A stretch of 64,000 nucleotides of DNA, from NCBI RefSeq assembly GCF_009834535.1, contig NC_045696.1:42968001-43032000 (forward strand), given 5' to 3'. The notes beneath the pieces were generated by a model. The model was not told the DNA's origin. It worked only from the letters and a program-made list of their open reading frames with translations, and did not search any database. The position numbers were made by a program, and so were the translations under genes. Of this stretch, positions 38,835-51,504 are shown piece by piece. Position 1 is the first letter of the stretch, and each line of letters begins with the position of its first letter. Source of the stretch: Camelus ferus. Its lineage: Eukaryota.

Positions 38835-40409
38835 GACACTTCCTGAAAATTGCACATACTCTTTCTTCTTAGATCTTACTTGTCTAGTGATGCCTTATGC
38901 TAAGCACATATAGTGCAAAGAGAAGGTGAGGCATTTCAAATTACTAGTCTGGATGGCCAATACCCTGTTTCTTAGAACAAATAAATTAATTCTATGGAAA
39001 AGTTAGTCTTCTCCATACTGAAGATTCTGTGAGTTTCCTTCTTCTCACTGTTAGAATATAACTCTCTAAGAAAGGCATCCCAGAGTCTAATGCAACTACT
39101 ATTTTGAGCTCACAGTCCACGTTTTCTTAGGGATATACTGTATATAGTTCTTCATATTCAAATAACCTATCCTCTATATCATAATTTAAAATCTTCTGAA
39201 TATTTCCATTTCTACAAAACTGGTTGAGGGGCAGAACAAATGCAATGAAGTGAAGAATGGATGATGGGAAACACACAGCAGTCATTAGTCATAGCCTTTA
39301 TCACATCCTACAATGCAAGATTAGAAAAGACTCGCTTCTATAACAGGAGATCTTCCTATAGATTTCATCATCTGAGCTTGGCAACGGAGAGTACAACCCA
39401 CATGAAGCTTTCTCAGCATTTGCATTGGGTTTCCTGCTGGCCTGCGATCGTGCTTGCTGTTTCTTTATGCTGTAAGAAATTAAAAGCTTTATCAGACAAA
39501 GATTGTGGTTTTGACAGCATAATTTCCTTCAGACCTTAATAGGTTTCTAGTCAGTTTTCTTCTAGGACTCTCCATGTGCAAGCAATTGCAGCCAAGGATT
39601 TTGCTGATACATATTAACTTCAGCTTAAAAACTGTTGTCTTTTATTTATAATTCTCTTGCTTATTAAACTACTTAGAGAATATCTGAAGCAATTGAGTTG
39701 GCTGGAAAAGAAGCCAGCTTAGTCTGATCTTTGCTACAGAGAATAAAATGTGTTCTAAATAGGCTTGAGGAAATACTCATGCCACGTTGAAGTGTATGTT
39801 TGAGAGCCACCGTTAATAATGGCTCTGGTTTGGACTACCAACGTATTTGTTTTCATCAGTCCTCTGAGTCCTCAAATTACTGGATTTTCAATCAACAAAT
39901 TTACCTACCACAGGCCTAGATTGCCCTCCTAGGCAGAATGGTAATCTTTTCCAACTCTGCTTTTTGGCTGGTAAATTCTAGTCTGAGTATTGCTCTCTGT
40001 TAAGCAACTAGAAATAGACTATTTTGAAAAGTTCTTATTTTCTCCAGTGCTGTAGCCTCCTGTAGCACATGGTTTGCCATTGAACAAAAAGAAATACACA
40101 ATTTATGACACATATTTCGACATACATTATTAACCTTTAATATCTAGTCCTTCCTACCCAACGTAAAACACATTCCACAAATCCATTGTCATATGCTTAG
40201 GTTCTGTTACTTGGAGCACTATAATCCAGATACCAGATTCTACATTAGTTAAGATTAGGTTTGGCTGTGAGTGGCAGAACACTCATATTAAAAGTTATTG
40301 AAAAAAAAATTCTAATAGGTAGTCCTGGACTCCCACAGTGTTGCATCTAGTGTCCTTCTATCAAAGGGTACAAGAATAGGACAGTCGAGAACATGATTTT
40401 TGGTGCAAT

Positions 40410-40612
40410 AATGACTGTCCAAGTCTTGCTTCACCACTCACTATGTGTATGACCTAGGACATATAATTCTCTGTGTACTTCAATTACTGCGACTGTAACA
40501 ATTGAGATAATATTAAACACCTCATAGGGTTGTTGTGAGAATTAAGCAGGTTAATACACATAATGAGCTCCAAACACTTCCAAGTACAAAATAAATTATA
40601 CACATGTTAGCT
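40410..40612 (+). mobile_element. MIR SINE
   Basis: cttcaccactcactatgtgtatgacctagg...cacctcatagggttgttgtgagaattaa is a MIR core. Confidence 0.8.
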
Positions 40613-41092
40613 TGTTATCAGTTAGCTTTTGCTATGCAATAACTATCCTAAAGCTAGTGTTTTAAAATATCAACCTCTCACATTGCTCACTTTTCTTTGA
40701 GTTAGCAACATGGGCTGATTTGAGATGAACCTGGCTGATCTCTGGGCAGGGTTTGCGTGTGAGTCTGTGGTCAGCTGGCAGGTCCCTTAGGGCTGGCTTG
40801 TTTATCCTGACCTCATCTGAGAAAACAGGCCCTTGCTAATCCTCCAGAGAGTTGGAATGAGAACTTTACAGTGGTGGTATGGGCAAACAGACAAAATGGG
40901 AAAGTTTTAGTGTACGTTTTTCCAAATCTATGCTTGTATCATATTTGCTACTCTCACACTGGCCAAAAGGGAGAGCAAGGACATCCCATATTTAAGGAGT
41001 AAACATTCTGTAGTCATTGATGGGAGGAGTCATGAAGTCATACTGCAAGCATAGAAGAAAACTTTATAGTCATGATGGCAATTGACTACCAC
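40613..41092 (-). mobile_element. MLT1 (ERVL-MaLR) LTR, older subfamily
   Basis: tcagttagcttttgctatgcaataactatcctaaa...gagtctgtggtcagctggc...cattgatgggaggag. Confidence 0.75.
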
Positions 41093-41239
41093 TATTATTA
41101 TTATTGCTCTTATGTTGAGCTCTACTATGAATGGTCTCATTCCCAAATTAACATGATACACTCCAACCATAAACTTCACATTTCAACAGTAAGGAGGCAA
41201 AAATATCCACCTCCTTTAAGGACATATGCTGAACATTTC

Positions 41240-41737
41240 TCTGGTAGGCAGAATAATAGTCCCACAAAGATTCACATTCTTATCACTGGGAACTATGCAT
41301 TTGTTATATGACATTGAAGAATTAAGATTATAACAGAATTAAAGTTGTTAATCAGCTGACCTTGAGTTGAGGAAATTATCCTGGATTATGTAGATGGGTT
41401 TAGTGTAATCACACAAGTCCTTGCAAGTGAAAAAGGAGGGTAGAGAGAGTCAATGTCAGAATCACAGAGAGATTTGATGACAGTACTGTGCTGACTTTGA
41501 AGATGAAGGAAGGAGCCATGAGCCAAGGAGTGCAGGAGACTTCTAGAGGTTGGGAAAGTTGAGGAAACAGATTTCTCTCCTGAAGCCTCTAGAAGGAACA
41601 GGACTCTGTTGAAACCTTGATTTTAACCCAGTGAGACCTATTTCAGACTTGTGACACAGGAGCTGCAAGATAACAAATTTATGTTGTTTTAAGCCACCAA
41701 ATTTGTAGTAATTTATTACAGCAGCAACAATTGCACA
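41240..41737 (+). mobile_element. MLT1D-like MaLR solo LTR
   Basis: ggtaggcagaataat...attatcctggattat...gaagcctctagaaggaaca...ttgttttaagccaccaaatttgtagtaatttattacagcagcaa. Confidence 0.9.
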
Positions 41738-41961
41738 CTCTAATTTTGCTTGCATTGACTAAAACTTTATAAGGTAGCCATGTGTAACTGCAGGGGAAGT
41801 TGGGGGATGTAGGATTTCTTCAGGGTGGCCATGCACTTAGCTAATTTTAGAAGTTTCTTTTCTGCAGATGAAAGAGAAAATATACTGTGGGAAGAACAGT
41901 AATCTCTGATATAGTGACCTGACTAGTTTCATCAGCATAGAGCTCATAAAATTATTAAACA

Positions 41962-42383
41962 TTTTTTTAACATTTTTTATTGATTTATAATCATTTTACA
42001 ATGTTGTGTCAAATTCCAGTGTTCAGCACAATTTTTCAGTTATTCATGGACATATACACACTCATTGTCACATTTTTTTCTCTGTGAGTTATCATAACAT
42101 TTTGTGTATATTTCTCTGTGCTATACAGTGTAGTCTATTCTACAATTTTGAAATCCCAGTCTATCCCTTCCCACCCTCCACCCCCCTGGTAACCACAAGT
42201 CTGTATTCTCTGTGAGTCTATTTCTGTCCTTTATTTACGCTTTGTTTTTGTTTGTTTGTTTGTTTGTTTTTGTTTTTGTTTTTTAGATTCCACATATGAG
42301 CTATCTCATATGGTATTTTTCTTTCTCTTTCTGGCTTACTTCACTTAGAATGACATTCTCCAGGAGCATCCATGTTGCTGCAA
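41962..42383 (-). mobile_element. Young lineage-specific LINE-1 3' end
   Basis: Poly(T) tail, L1 3' UTR and (TTTG)n. 42283-42383 is closely similar to 47267-47365. No TSD found. Confidence 0.9.
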
Positions 42384-43199
42384 GTAAGTGAGGACCTGAT
42401 TACCAGCATAAAATAAAAGATAAAACAGAGCCTGTAAATGCAGTGGGGTAATTATATAAATACATGCAAATATAAACATCTATTTAGGGGTTTTAAATGA
42501 GTTAGTATACATAAAAGCCATGTAGCAGCACTTGACAATCAACACTATATAATTTTTAGTTACTGTAATTTTTGTTGTTATAATTCTGTGAATAGGACAC
42601 TTCTGTCATTTTAACTGTTTTTATTATTGGGGAAGTTGGTTTCCATATATATTTTAATTAGGAGGAAACAAACTATTTCTGAAGCTAATATTGAAAAGAT
42701 GACTTCTATCCCTTTTTAGAAAGTGCATAGTCTGTGCTACATGTTTTGGTCCACTTTGCTTTACTGATCTTTATTTTATCGAGCTTTATCTTTACAAATA
42801 TTAATAATTATTACAGCAAATTAAGAATTGTTTCTGTGACGATAATTGGTAATAGTCAAGTAAAATAATGTATAGACCCACAGCAAGTAGGGAAACAAAA
42901 CACATAATCAAGGACAAACTAAATAAAGAAATCCTAGGGAAATTAATGGTGGAGCATCTATGAAACTCACTTCAGGAAGCTCAGAAATAAGTACTGTTGC
43001 GTTTTTATATGTCAACTCTATATTGAACCCCACCTGGAAAAATGAGTTGTATTTTGGGGCACTTATATTCCTAATAATGAGTTAGTAAAAGCACTGAATG
43101 TAAAAGGAAATAAAGAATATTAGCTACATTTGTAGTTCTTCTAATGGGTATTTACCCAAAATGAATTATCCTGGTTAGTAAGCACTTTAGCCATAGTTT

Positions 43200-43350
43200 T
43201 ATTATGATAATTGTTGTTAATATTCTGCTTTTATAGATGCAGTAATTGAGGCTCAGGAAAATTAATTCATTTGCACAATCATACACCTAGTAAGTTGAAT
43301 TAAAATTAGTACCAAGCTTTTTCTGAAACCAAACTCCATGCCATTCCACT
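43200..43350 (-). mobile_element. MIR SINE fragment
   Basis: ttttatagatgcagtaattgaggctcagg...acacctagtaagt. Confidence 0.7.
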
Positions 43351-43557
43351 CATGCTTAAGAAAAAGGTTTTTGTTAGCCTCTGGGTAACTGAAGGATATT
43401 TTCTAGGCCCCCACGTTCTCTTCTCTACCTTCATTTCCAAGCCAGTTGAGGACAAACTGTTAAAATTGAAGACATTCTTCTAGGCCTCAATCCTCCCATT
43501 GGACGACACTTTAAAAGAAAGTAAAAAAGAAAAATCAATCACTTGGGTTCATGCTTC

Positions 43558-44560
43558 ATTTTTTAATAATAGCATTGTTGAAATACAATCTGTCTACTGT
43601 AAAATTCATACTTTTAGTATTTTTAAGCATATCAGAGTTGTATAACCATCGCCACTTCTTCATTTTAAGTATTTTTTTCACCCCAAAAAGAAATTCTGTG
43701 GCCATTAGCAGTCACTCCTATCCATCACATTCTTCCTAGCCTCTGGCAACCACTGATCTGCTTTCTGCCTAGCCTCTGGCAACCACTGATCTGCTTTCTG
43801 TCTTTATAGATTTCCCTGTACAGGACATCTCATATAAATAGAATCATAAAATACATAACCTTTTGTGACTAGCTTCTTCCACTTCCCACAATTTCATCTT
43901 CATCTACATTGTAGCTTGTAAGAGTACTTTATTCTTTTTGTTCCTGGATATAACACCCTTTATTTATTCACTTAATAATAAAAAAAGGCAATCCCTAAAA
44001 TCAGAATAGATCATGTGTTTGATAAGGAACTTATATTTTTTATCAGTTGAAGGACATTTGGATTGATTCTGCTCTTTGACTATTATAAATAGTGCTGATA
44101 CGAACATCTGTGTACAAATTCTTGTATGATCATAACGCCTTTCTCTAGGTTATTTACCTAGGTGTGAAACTGCTGTTTACTATTATAATTATATATTTAA
44201 CCTTTTAAGAAACTCCTAAATTATAAGTGACTGGAACATTTTATATTCTCACTAACAAAATGTGAGGCTTCCAGTTTCTCCATGTCTTTACCAACACTTG
44301 TTATTGTTTGTCTTTTTAATTATAACTATTCTACTGAGTGTGAAGTGGTATCTTATGGTTTCTACTTACATTTTCCTAATGAATAATGATGTTAATATTC
44401 TTTTCAAGTACTTATTGGCTATTTATATATATATTTTTGAGAAATGTTGATTAAAATACCTAGCCCATTTTTTAATTGAGATTTTTTTCAGCTGAGTTTT
44501 AGACATTGCTTCTAAGTTCTAGATACAAGTCATTTGTCAACTGTATGATTTGCTCTAGTT
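43558..44560 (-). mobile_element. L1MB-like 3' end
   Basis: tcagagttgtataaccatc...ccattagcagtcactcc...ggcaaccactgatctgctttctgtctttatagattt. Contains a perfect 33-bp tandem duplication. Confidence 0.85.
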
Positions 44561-45689
44561 TTATGGACTTTTTTTATTAAGACTTTTTTTTTTTAAGGAG
44601 TTGTTTAGTTGTCAGAAAAAATTAATGGGAATGTATAGAGATTTTTTTCCATATACTTCCTGCCTCCTACATTTGCTACCCCCATTATCAATATCTCCAA
44701 CCAGAATGGTACATTTGTTACAATTTATGTACCCATATTGTTGAACTGTACATTGTTATGTACCCATCATTATCACACAAAGTCCATAGTTTACATTGTG
44801 GTTCACTTTTAGTGTTACTCATTTGAAGGGTTTGGACAAACGTGTAGTGACATGAATTCGTTTTTATGGTATCATACAGAGTATTTTCACTATTCTAAAA
44901 TCCTTTGTTCTCTGCCTGTTCATCCCTCCCACCTTTTTGCTCCCAACCACAACCCCTGTAAACTACTGATCTTTTTATTATCTCCACAGTTTTGCTTTTT
45001 TCAGAATGTTGTATAGTTGGCATCATACAGCATGTCGCCTTTTCAGATTGACTTTTTCACTTAGTAATATACATTTAGGGTTCCTCAATGTCTTTTCATG
45101 GCTTGATAGCTCATTACTTTTTTATCAATGAATAATATTCCATTTTCTGGATGTACCACTATTAATTCATTGATTCACTTACTGAGGGACATCTTGGTCA
45201 CTTCCAAGTTTTGGAACTAATAATTTTGTATTTCCTTGATCACATACGATTTGGACCATTTTTTCATATTCTTGTTTGCCATCTGTGTGTGTTCTTTTGG
45301 TGAACTATGTTTTAAGGTCTTTGTCTCATTTTTAAACAGCTTGTTTTCTTGTTGAATTAAACATGTTCCTGGTATATTTTATGTAACAATCCTTTATAAT
45401 ATTTTTTTTACAAATATTTTCTCTTGTGGCTTATCTTCTCATTCTCTTGATGTTATCTTTCACGGGGCAAATATTTTTTAATTTTAATAAAGTTTTATTT
45501 ATTAATTATTTCTTCTTTGGATCATGCTTTTGGTGTTGTATCTAAAAAAGTCATCTTCATAACCAAGGTCATCTAGGTTTTCTCCTGTCTTATCCTCTAG
45601 GAGTTTTACAGTTTTAACATTTGGGTCTATAATCTACTTTGAATTAATTTTTGTGAGGGATGGAGGTCTGTGTCTAATGTAATTATTTG

Positions 45690-46545
45690 TCCATTTGATT
45701 GGGGGTGTATTTGGTGTTGTTGTGACCAGAGCCTGCACTGGATGTTAGACAGGTCCTCATCTTTGCCCTTTGGCTATCATTGCCCTGTCAGGGGCAAGAT
45801 CTGCTCCCCAGCTCCCAGCTGTTGGGGTAGAAGCCCCCAGATCAGCCTGTAAACTTCTGTGTGAGGTAAGTGAGATTGAAGCACTTTTTTTGGGAGAGGA
45901 GCTGCTGTGTATTCCTCCCCAGGGGCTGTCCACCAGAGATGTGTGATACTATGAGGCCACTTGCCCTGCATTGTTCATGCCAACACAGGATTCACTCCTG
46001 TACCTGCCCCTGCTGAGGAAGCACTGGTAATTGGCTGTGGTGTCAGCTCCACCCCTGGCATGTGCAAACTCCCAAAGCCTGATGTTCCTAGAGAGCCACA
46101 TCTGTCTTGAACATGCTGACAGTGGGGGTCTTATGGTGGACCCGTGCTAGCAGGCACACATTTTGACCTGTTAAGTGTGGTTATACGACAGCTGCCCTGA
46201 TTTTTAGCAAGCCAGTACCTATATGTGCCTCTTGAACAAAATCCAGGCCACTCCAGCTCCCCCATCTACCCTGGCAGACCTCCTAGTTGGCCAGTTGATA
46301 AAGGGTTCTTTCCTAGGGGTGTAGGGTCTGGTTCAGAGTCCTGCTTTTTGTTTTGTTTTGTTTTGTTTTTTCATCCTACGTGATTACATGGGGATCTTTC
46401 TTGCAGCTTTGGTTGTATTAGAGGGCTTTTGCCAGCTTTCAGCTGGTTTTTGGTGAGAGTTGTTCCACGTGCGATGCACTTTTAATGTTTGCTGGGGCAA
46501 GTGAGCGCCATGTCCTTCTACTCTGTCATCTTGATTTCTGCCCCC
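45690..46545 (-). mobile_element. Isolated LINE-1 5' UTR fragment
   Basis: 45711-45880 aligns by eye with 19281-19400 and 35826-35990; 46380-46545 aligns with 20105-20268 and 37035-37204. Confidence 0.9.
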
Positions 46546-46942
46546 AAGTGCAGTTGAATTTGTATATTGATTTTTAATCTTGAAACTTTATTGAATTTAT
46601 TTAATAGTTTTAAGTTTTTAGCTGGAATCCTTAGGATATTTTATATATAAAATTTTATAATATTAAAATAGATAATTTTACTTCTTCCAGTCTAATTTTG
46701 ATGCCTTTTATTTATCTTTTTAAAATTTTCTTATTACTTCATTTGCCTTATTGCTCTGCCTAAGGCTGCCAGTACTATTCAATAGGATTGGTAAAATTGG
46801 GCACCCTTGTTTTGTCTGTGATCTTAGAATAATAGCTTTCAGCTTTTTACCATTGAGTATGATGCTAGCCATAAGATTGTCATAGATGGCCTTTATTATA
46901 TTGAGGTACATTCTTTCTGTATTCAATTTATTGATAACTTTT

Positions 46943-47440
46943 TCCTTGTTTATTGAGGTATAGCCAGTTTACAATGTTACGTAAATTTCTGAAAGCACAA
47001 TGCTTCAGTCATACATGAATATACATATATTTGTTTTCATATTCTTTTTCACCATAAGCTACTACAGAGTATCAAATACAGTTCCCTGTGCTATACAGTA
47101 TAAACTTGTTTATCTAGTTTATATACACCAGTCAGTATCTGCAAATCTCAAACTCCCAATTTATCCCTTCCCATCCCCTTCTTCCCTGGTAACCATAAGT
47201 TTGTTTTCTATGTCTGTAAGTCTGTATCTGTTTTACAAATAAGTTCATTTGTCTTTTTTTTTTTTTTAGATTCCACACATGACTGATATCATATGGTATT
47301 TTCCTTTCTCTTTCTGGCTTACTTCACTTAGAATGGCATTCTCCAGGGCCATCCATGTTGCTGCAGATGGCATTATTTTACTACTTTTTATGGCTGAGTA
47401 GCGTTCCATTGTATAAATGTACCACAACTTCTTTATCCAG
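46943..47440 (-). mobile_element. Lineage-specific LINE-1 3' end nested in L1MC
   Basis: L1 3' UTR. Degenerate TSD ttattgataactttt (46928-46942) / ttactgagaattttt (47441-47455). Confidence 0.9.
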
Positions 47441-48249
47441 TTACTGAGAATTTTTATAATGAAAGAATGTTAAATGCTTTGTCTGTATCCATTGAGATGA
47501 TAATATGATTTTTATTGCTTGAGACAAACATACTTTCTTAAGAATAATCTTTTTCTTCTGTTCCCTGTTCCCCAAACAAAAACAAACTTTAGAAAATGGG
47601 ATGGGGAATCAAGTTTTACGTTAGGTATTACATTAATCATTATTATATTATCTGACTCTTCTCAACAGTGGCTATGTTCTGCTTTTTCTTTCAATAAGTA
47701 TTATAAGAGCTAAAATTTAGTTTGGGTTTTATGGCATGCTTTGCATATAAGTCATTTAAACTTTAGCTAGGTGTAGGCACAGGCTATCCATGTGGAATTT
47801 GGAATGAATCCACAACTACCAGTAAATAATTATGTTCTCCTGTTTACCTCTTCTATGCATATATGTTATCGGGGGCTTTATAGGGATGGTTATATATGGA
47901 TAGTCAAGGGCAAGATTTAGGCATTTTTGGATTCCATAGTCCTTAAGAAATTTTTTAATCTAATTTCTGTTGTTCTGCCAAATGAAAATACACATTTTAA
48001 TGCAGATAAAGCAACTGCATATGAAAGGATTATTACCAAAATATGAAGCACAATTACAGAAACAAACAACAGGGTAGACTCGAGCAGGTACTATTTATAT
48101 ATATAAAATAGGAGGCTTAGAAAAAGGAAAGATACTGTAAATAAGCTATCATAAGTATATTCCTTCAGAACACTTTTCCGTTGCTTCTCCACATGGGGCA
48201 CAATATAAACTACCATGCAAACAGTATGTGGGATTTGAGAAAACATAGT

Positions 48250-48720
48250 CTTTCTTAGGAAAAAGAGACCTAATTCTGATTTCTGGCTCTTCTAACTATT
48301 TGAATGATAACACAGATGTTACTCAATCTCTGTTCCTCAATTTCCTCACCAGAAAAACTGAAATATATTACTTATATTTTATAAATTTATTTTATAAATA
48401 CTGTGGTATTTCAGTGTAATAATATGTAAAATAGTAAAATACCTGATGCAAAACTGATATATTTAGTGTGCTCTACTATGTCACTATCTCTTTTAAACCC
48501 TGTATTCTTATTTTTCTAACACTCATCAGTCATGACCTGAATTGATGTTATATATTTTTTTAAAATGTCTTTATTTGTTGTCTGTCTCCTTTAAGCTTTA
48601 GGGACCATGGCAGCAGGAGACTTGTCTGTTTTGTTCACTTCCTTGGCCCAGCATTTAGAATCAACTCTCGAACATACTAGGTACACAATAAATATTTGTT
48701 AAGTAAATGGATAAATGATA
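48250..48720 (+). mobile_element. MIR fragment followed by an L2 3' end
   Basis: tctctgttcctcaatttcctcacc (MIR); gacttgtctgttttgttcact...tactaggtacacaataaatatttgttaagtaaatg (L2). Confidence 0.7.
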
Positions 48721-49059
48721 GTTATTAGTAATAGGCACTATCACTTTAATTTTAACACTTTAGAATTTAGGATGACACCTGTACATGATGCTCTACTTAC
48801 TCATTCTCTTTTGTCAGCAAAAGTAAACATTTGCACCTGGCTGATTAAAAATAGCATTTGTTATCTTATTTGAAAAATCAAGTCATTAGAGTGAGACAAA
48901 GCTAGAAATTCATTGACATAAGTTCAACATTGTAAAGGGAGTAATAACTCAGTAAAAGTAAATATAATTGCTATTGTTGGTAATTATCAAGGTGTTGTGG
49001 GTTGAAATGTATCCCTGAAAAAGATACATTGAACTTTTAAATATCAATATTAGGACTTA

Positions 49060-49485
49060 GAGACAATGTTTAAACATGAGGCACCAACTTACCTTACAAA
49101 CTGAGCTGCTCATCATGAACCAGGTGCTATCCAGCCCAGCAAACCATGAATTTGGGCATGCACAGCAGCCTCCAATATCAAATGAAAGCAGTATATATGT
49201 GAGATCAGGCTCAGCAAACCCTGAAGGCATAGATAAGTTACATAAAGAAGTGGTTCAAATGCCCATGATCTGCATTCCTGCTACATGACCTTCTTTTTTC
49301 CAGCCCATACCGATGGTTCCATGGGGACTTCCACACAGTTCACTGAGGAAGAGACACCTTGGGCCTGGTTTATGGATGATTCTGCGTGATATGCAGGCAT
49401 CACTTGCAAATGAAGAACTGCATTGCTACACGTCCTTTCTGGGACACCCCGAAGGACAGTGGTGAAGGGCAGTTCTCCCGGTGGT
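49060..49485 (+). pseudogene. Decayed ERV-L pol fragment (connection/RNase H region)
   Basis: Translates to HQLTLQTELLIMNQVLSSPANHEFGHAQQ...PEGIDKLHKEVVQMPM, LTEEE-like sequence, AWFMDDSA*YAG (49363-49398) and KDSGEGQFS. These match ERV-L pol motifs as I recall them (AWFTDGSARYAG, KDSGEGKSSQ). Stops and frameshifts are present. Confidence 0.85.
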
Positions 49486-49489
49486 CTAG

Positions 49490-50336
49490 ATGGGCACAGC
49501 CAATGTCCTGTGAGAGGCACAGCATCAAACCACAGGGGCTTATTCTCAGGCCTTGACATATAATGGAATCTGCCCTGCTAGATTTTGAAATTGCTTAGGA
49601 TCCGTGACCCCTTTTTTCCTTCCAATTTCCCTCATTTGGAATGAGAATATCTATCCTATGCCTGTCCTACCATTGTATTTTGGAAGCAAATAGCTTGTTG
49701 TCTGGTTTCACAGGTTCACAGATGGAGAGGCATTTGGCTTCTGGATGAACATCTTGAACTAACTTAGATGATGAGATTTTGGATTTTAAGTTGTTGACAT
49801 TTAGAAGAGATTTTTCACTGAGAGATTAAGACTTCAGGGCTTGTTGGGTTGGGGTAAATAGATTTTTCATGTAGGAAGGACTTAAATTTTGGGTAGTCAG
49901 AGGTGGACTGTGATAGGGTGGATTGTGTCCCCCTAAAATATGTTGATATTCTAACACCCAGTTCTTTAGAATGCGGCATTATTTGAAAATAGGATTTTTG
50001 TAGATGAAAATTGTTAAGATGATGTTACACTGGAAAAGTGTGGAACCTTAATCCAACATGGTGAGTGTTCTTTGGTGATGAAGAGGGCAGACCCAGCAGG
50101 GGGAGAATGCCAAGCAAACATAGAGGCAGAGGTAGAACTTAGGCTGTCACAAGCCAAAGAACACCTGAGGCCATTAGAAGTTGGAATACGCAAGGAAAGA
50201 TCCTCCCCTAGAAGCTCCAGAGAGAGCATGGCCCAGCCAACACCTTTATTTTAGACTTCGACCTCCAGAACTTTGAGAGAATAAATATCTATTGTTTGAA
50301 GCCTACTTGGTTATGACAGTCTTAGGAAACTAATGC
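49490..50336 (+). mobile_element. MLT1-int 3' end plus MLT1C-like 3' LTR (49909-50336); 5' LTR stub at 48993-49040
   Basis: cctatgcctgtcctaccattgtattttggaagca (MaLR internal), a purine tract, then tgtgatagggtggattgtgtcccc...cctccagaactttgagagaataaat...ggaaactaat. Confidence 0.88.
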
Positions 50337-50507
50337 TGTAGACAAATATAACACTTGGTGTTTTATTAAGTATTTAATTCTGCATTGATCTAATTGATCC
50401 TCATAAAAGCATCATAAGGAATTATACAGAAGATAGAAAGATCATTGGACTGAATAATTTTTTGAGAACTAAAACAAGATTTTTTTTTCCTTCACTTATT
50501 TTTTAAC

Positions 50508-50668
50508 TTTTTTTTTTTTTTTTTTTTTTTTTACTATATTACATTGGGCAGGAGGTAATTAGGTTTGTTTGTTTGTTTGTTTATTTTTAATGGAGATACT
50601 GGAGACCGAACCCAGGACCCTCATGCATGCTGAGCATGCACTCTACCACTGAGCTATGCCCTTCCCCT
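50508..50668 (-). mobile_element. Camelid vic-1-type tRNA-Ala-derived SINE
   Basis: Minus strand ggggaagggcatagctcagtggtagagtgcatgctcagcatgcatgagggtcctgggttcggtctccagtatctcca, then (AAAC)n, cctaattacctcc and a long poly(A). Confidence 0.93.
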
Positions 50669-51504
50669 GTCTTCCTTAAATTTCTAAATGGAACTTTAAA
50701 ATAATATATTTTAAGTTAAAAGACATCCCCAGAGATTGGAATCATGCAGACAAATTCATGTGCTTACTAGTTCCCCAAGGAGGTGAGATTGGTGAGAGAT
50801 GGTACAAAAAGAGAAAAGGGAGGAAAAAAATTGTTTAGAGCAGAAAGAAGAAAAGCTGAGGCAACTAACTCCTCCATATTTCCTGTCCTTGTATTAAGGG
50901 ATATAATGGGCCATTTCACCACTGTGTCCATAGTTAGTTGAGTATAAATGTGTTTTTCATTGGGGGTACACTTTGTTAGTCCCAAATTCAACATGCATGA
51001 AGTAGATTATTGTAGTTTTCACCAGTATTTCCCTAAAAATTACTCTTCGTTGATCTTGAAGATACTGAACTTCCAGTTCTCAATCTTAGTGGCATATTCT
51101 CAGGTCTATAAAGTTCATAGAAAATGTGTGGAGGAAGGTGAAGATATAAAGAAATAAAGGAGACCTTTATAGATTCTATTATGGTAAAAAAAAAAAAAAA
51201 CTGTGCTCTTTAGTTTAACACAAAATGCTGTCTTAAATCCAAACATGCTAAATCGTTTAAAAACTCTAAAATTAGAAACTCATCTCTGTTATTATCTACA
51301 TAAAAGAATGAGGAAAGAAAAATGAGGACTCAAGAGGCTAAGTGATTTACCTGAACTACAAAAATTCAAAAAAGAACAATAAGTAGGTATTAAAATTCAT
51401 ATTCTGAAACTTACAGTCACAGCCAGAAATTGCTTGGACCTTTCTACCAATGATGAATTTTCTTCTCAAGGAACAGTAGAGCAGAAAACTTTTTTAACAA
51501 GAAC

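Larger units (their letters stand above)
44570..47517 (-). mobile_element. L1MC1-like element (3' UTR plus ORF2 RT remnant) interrupted by two younger L1 pieces
   Basis: cagaatggtacatttgttacaat...catcattatcacacaaagtccatagtttacatt. RT remnant ORF 46720-46926 (YLNIIKAIYD...TKQGCP). Confidence 0.85.

Noticed and set aside
50594..50668. tRNA-Ala gene (also 17510-17586 and 55395-55470)
   Set aside because: Mutated stems, SINE tails/poly(A) and, for two copies, TSDs show these are SINEs.
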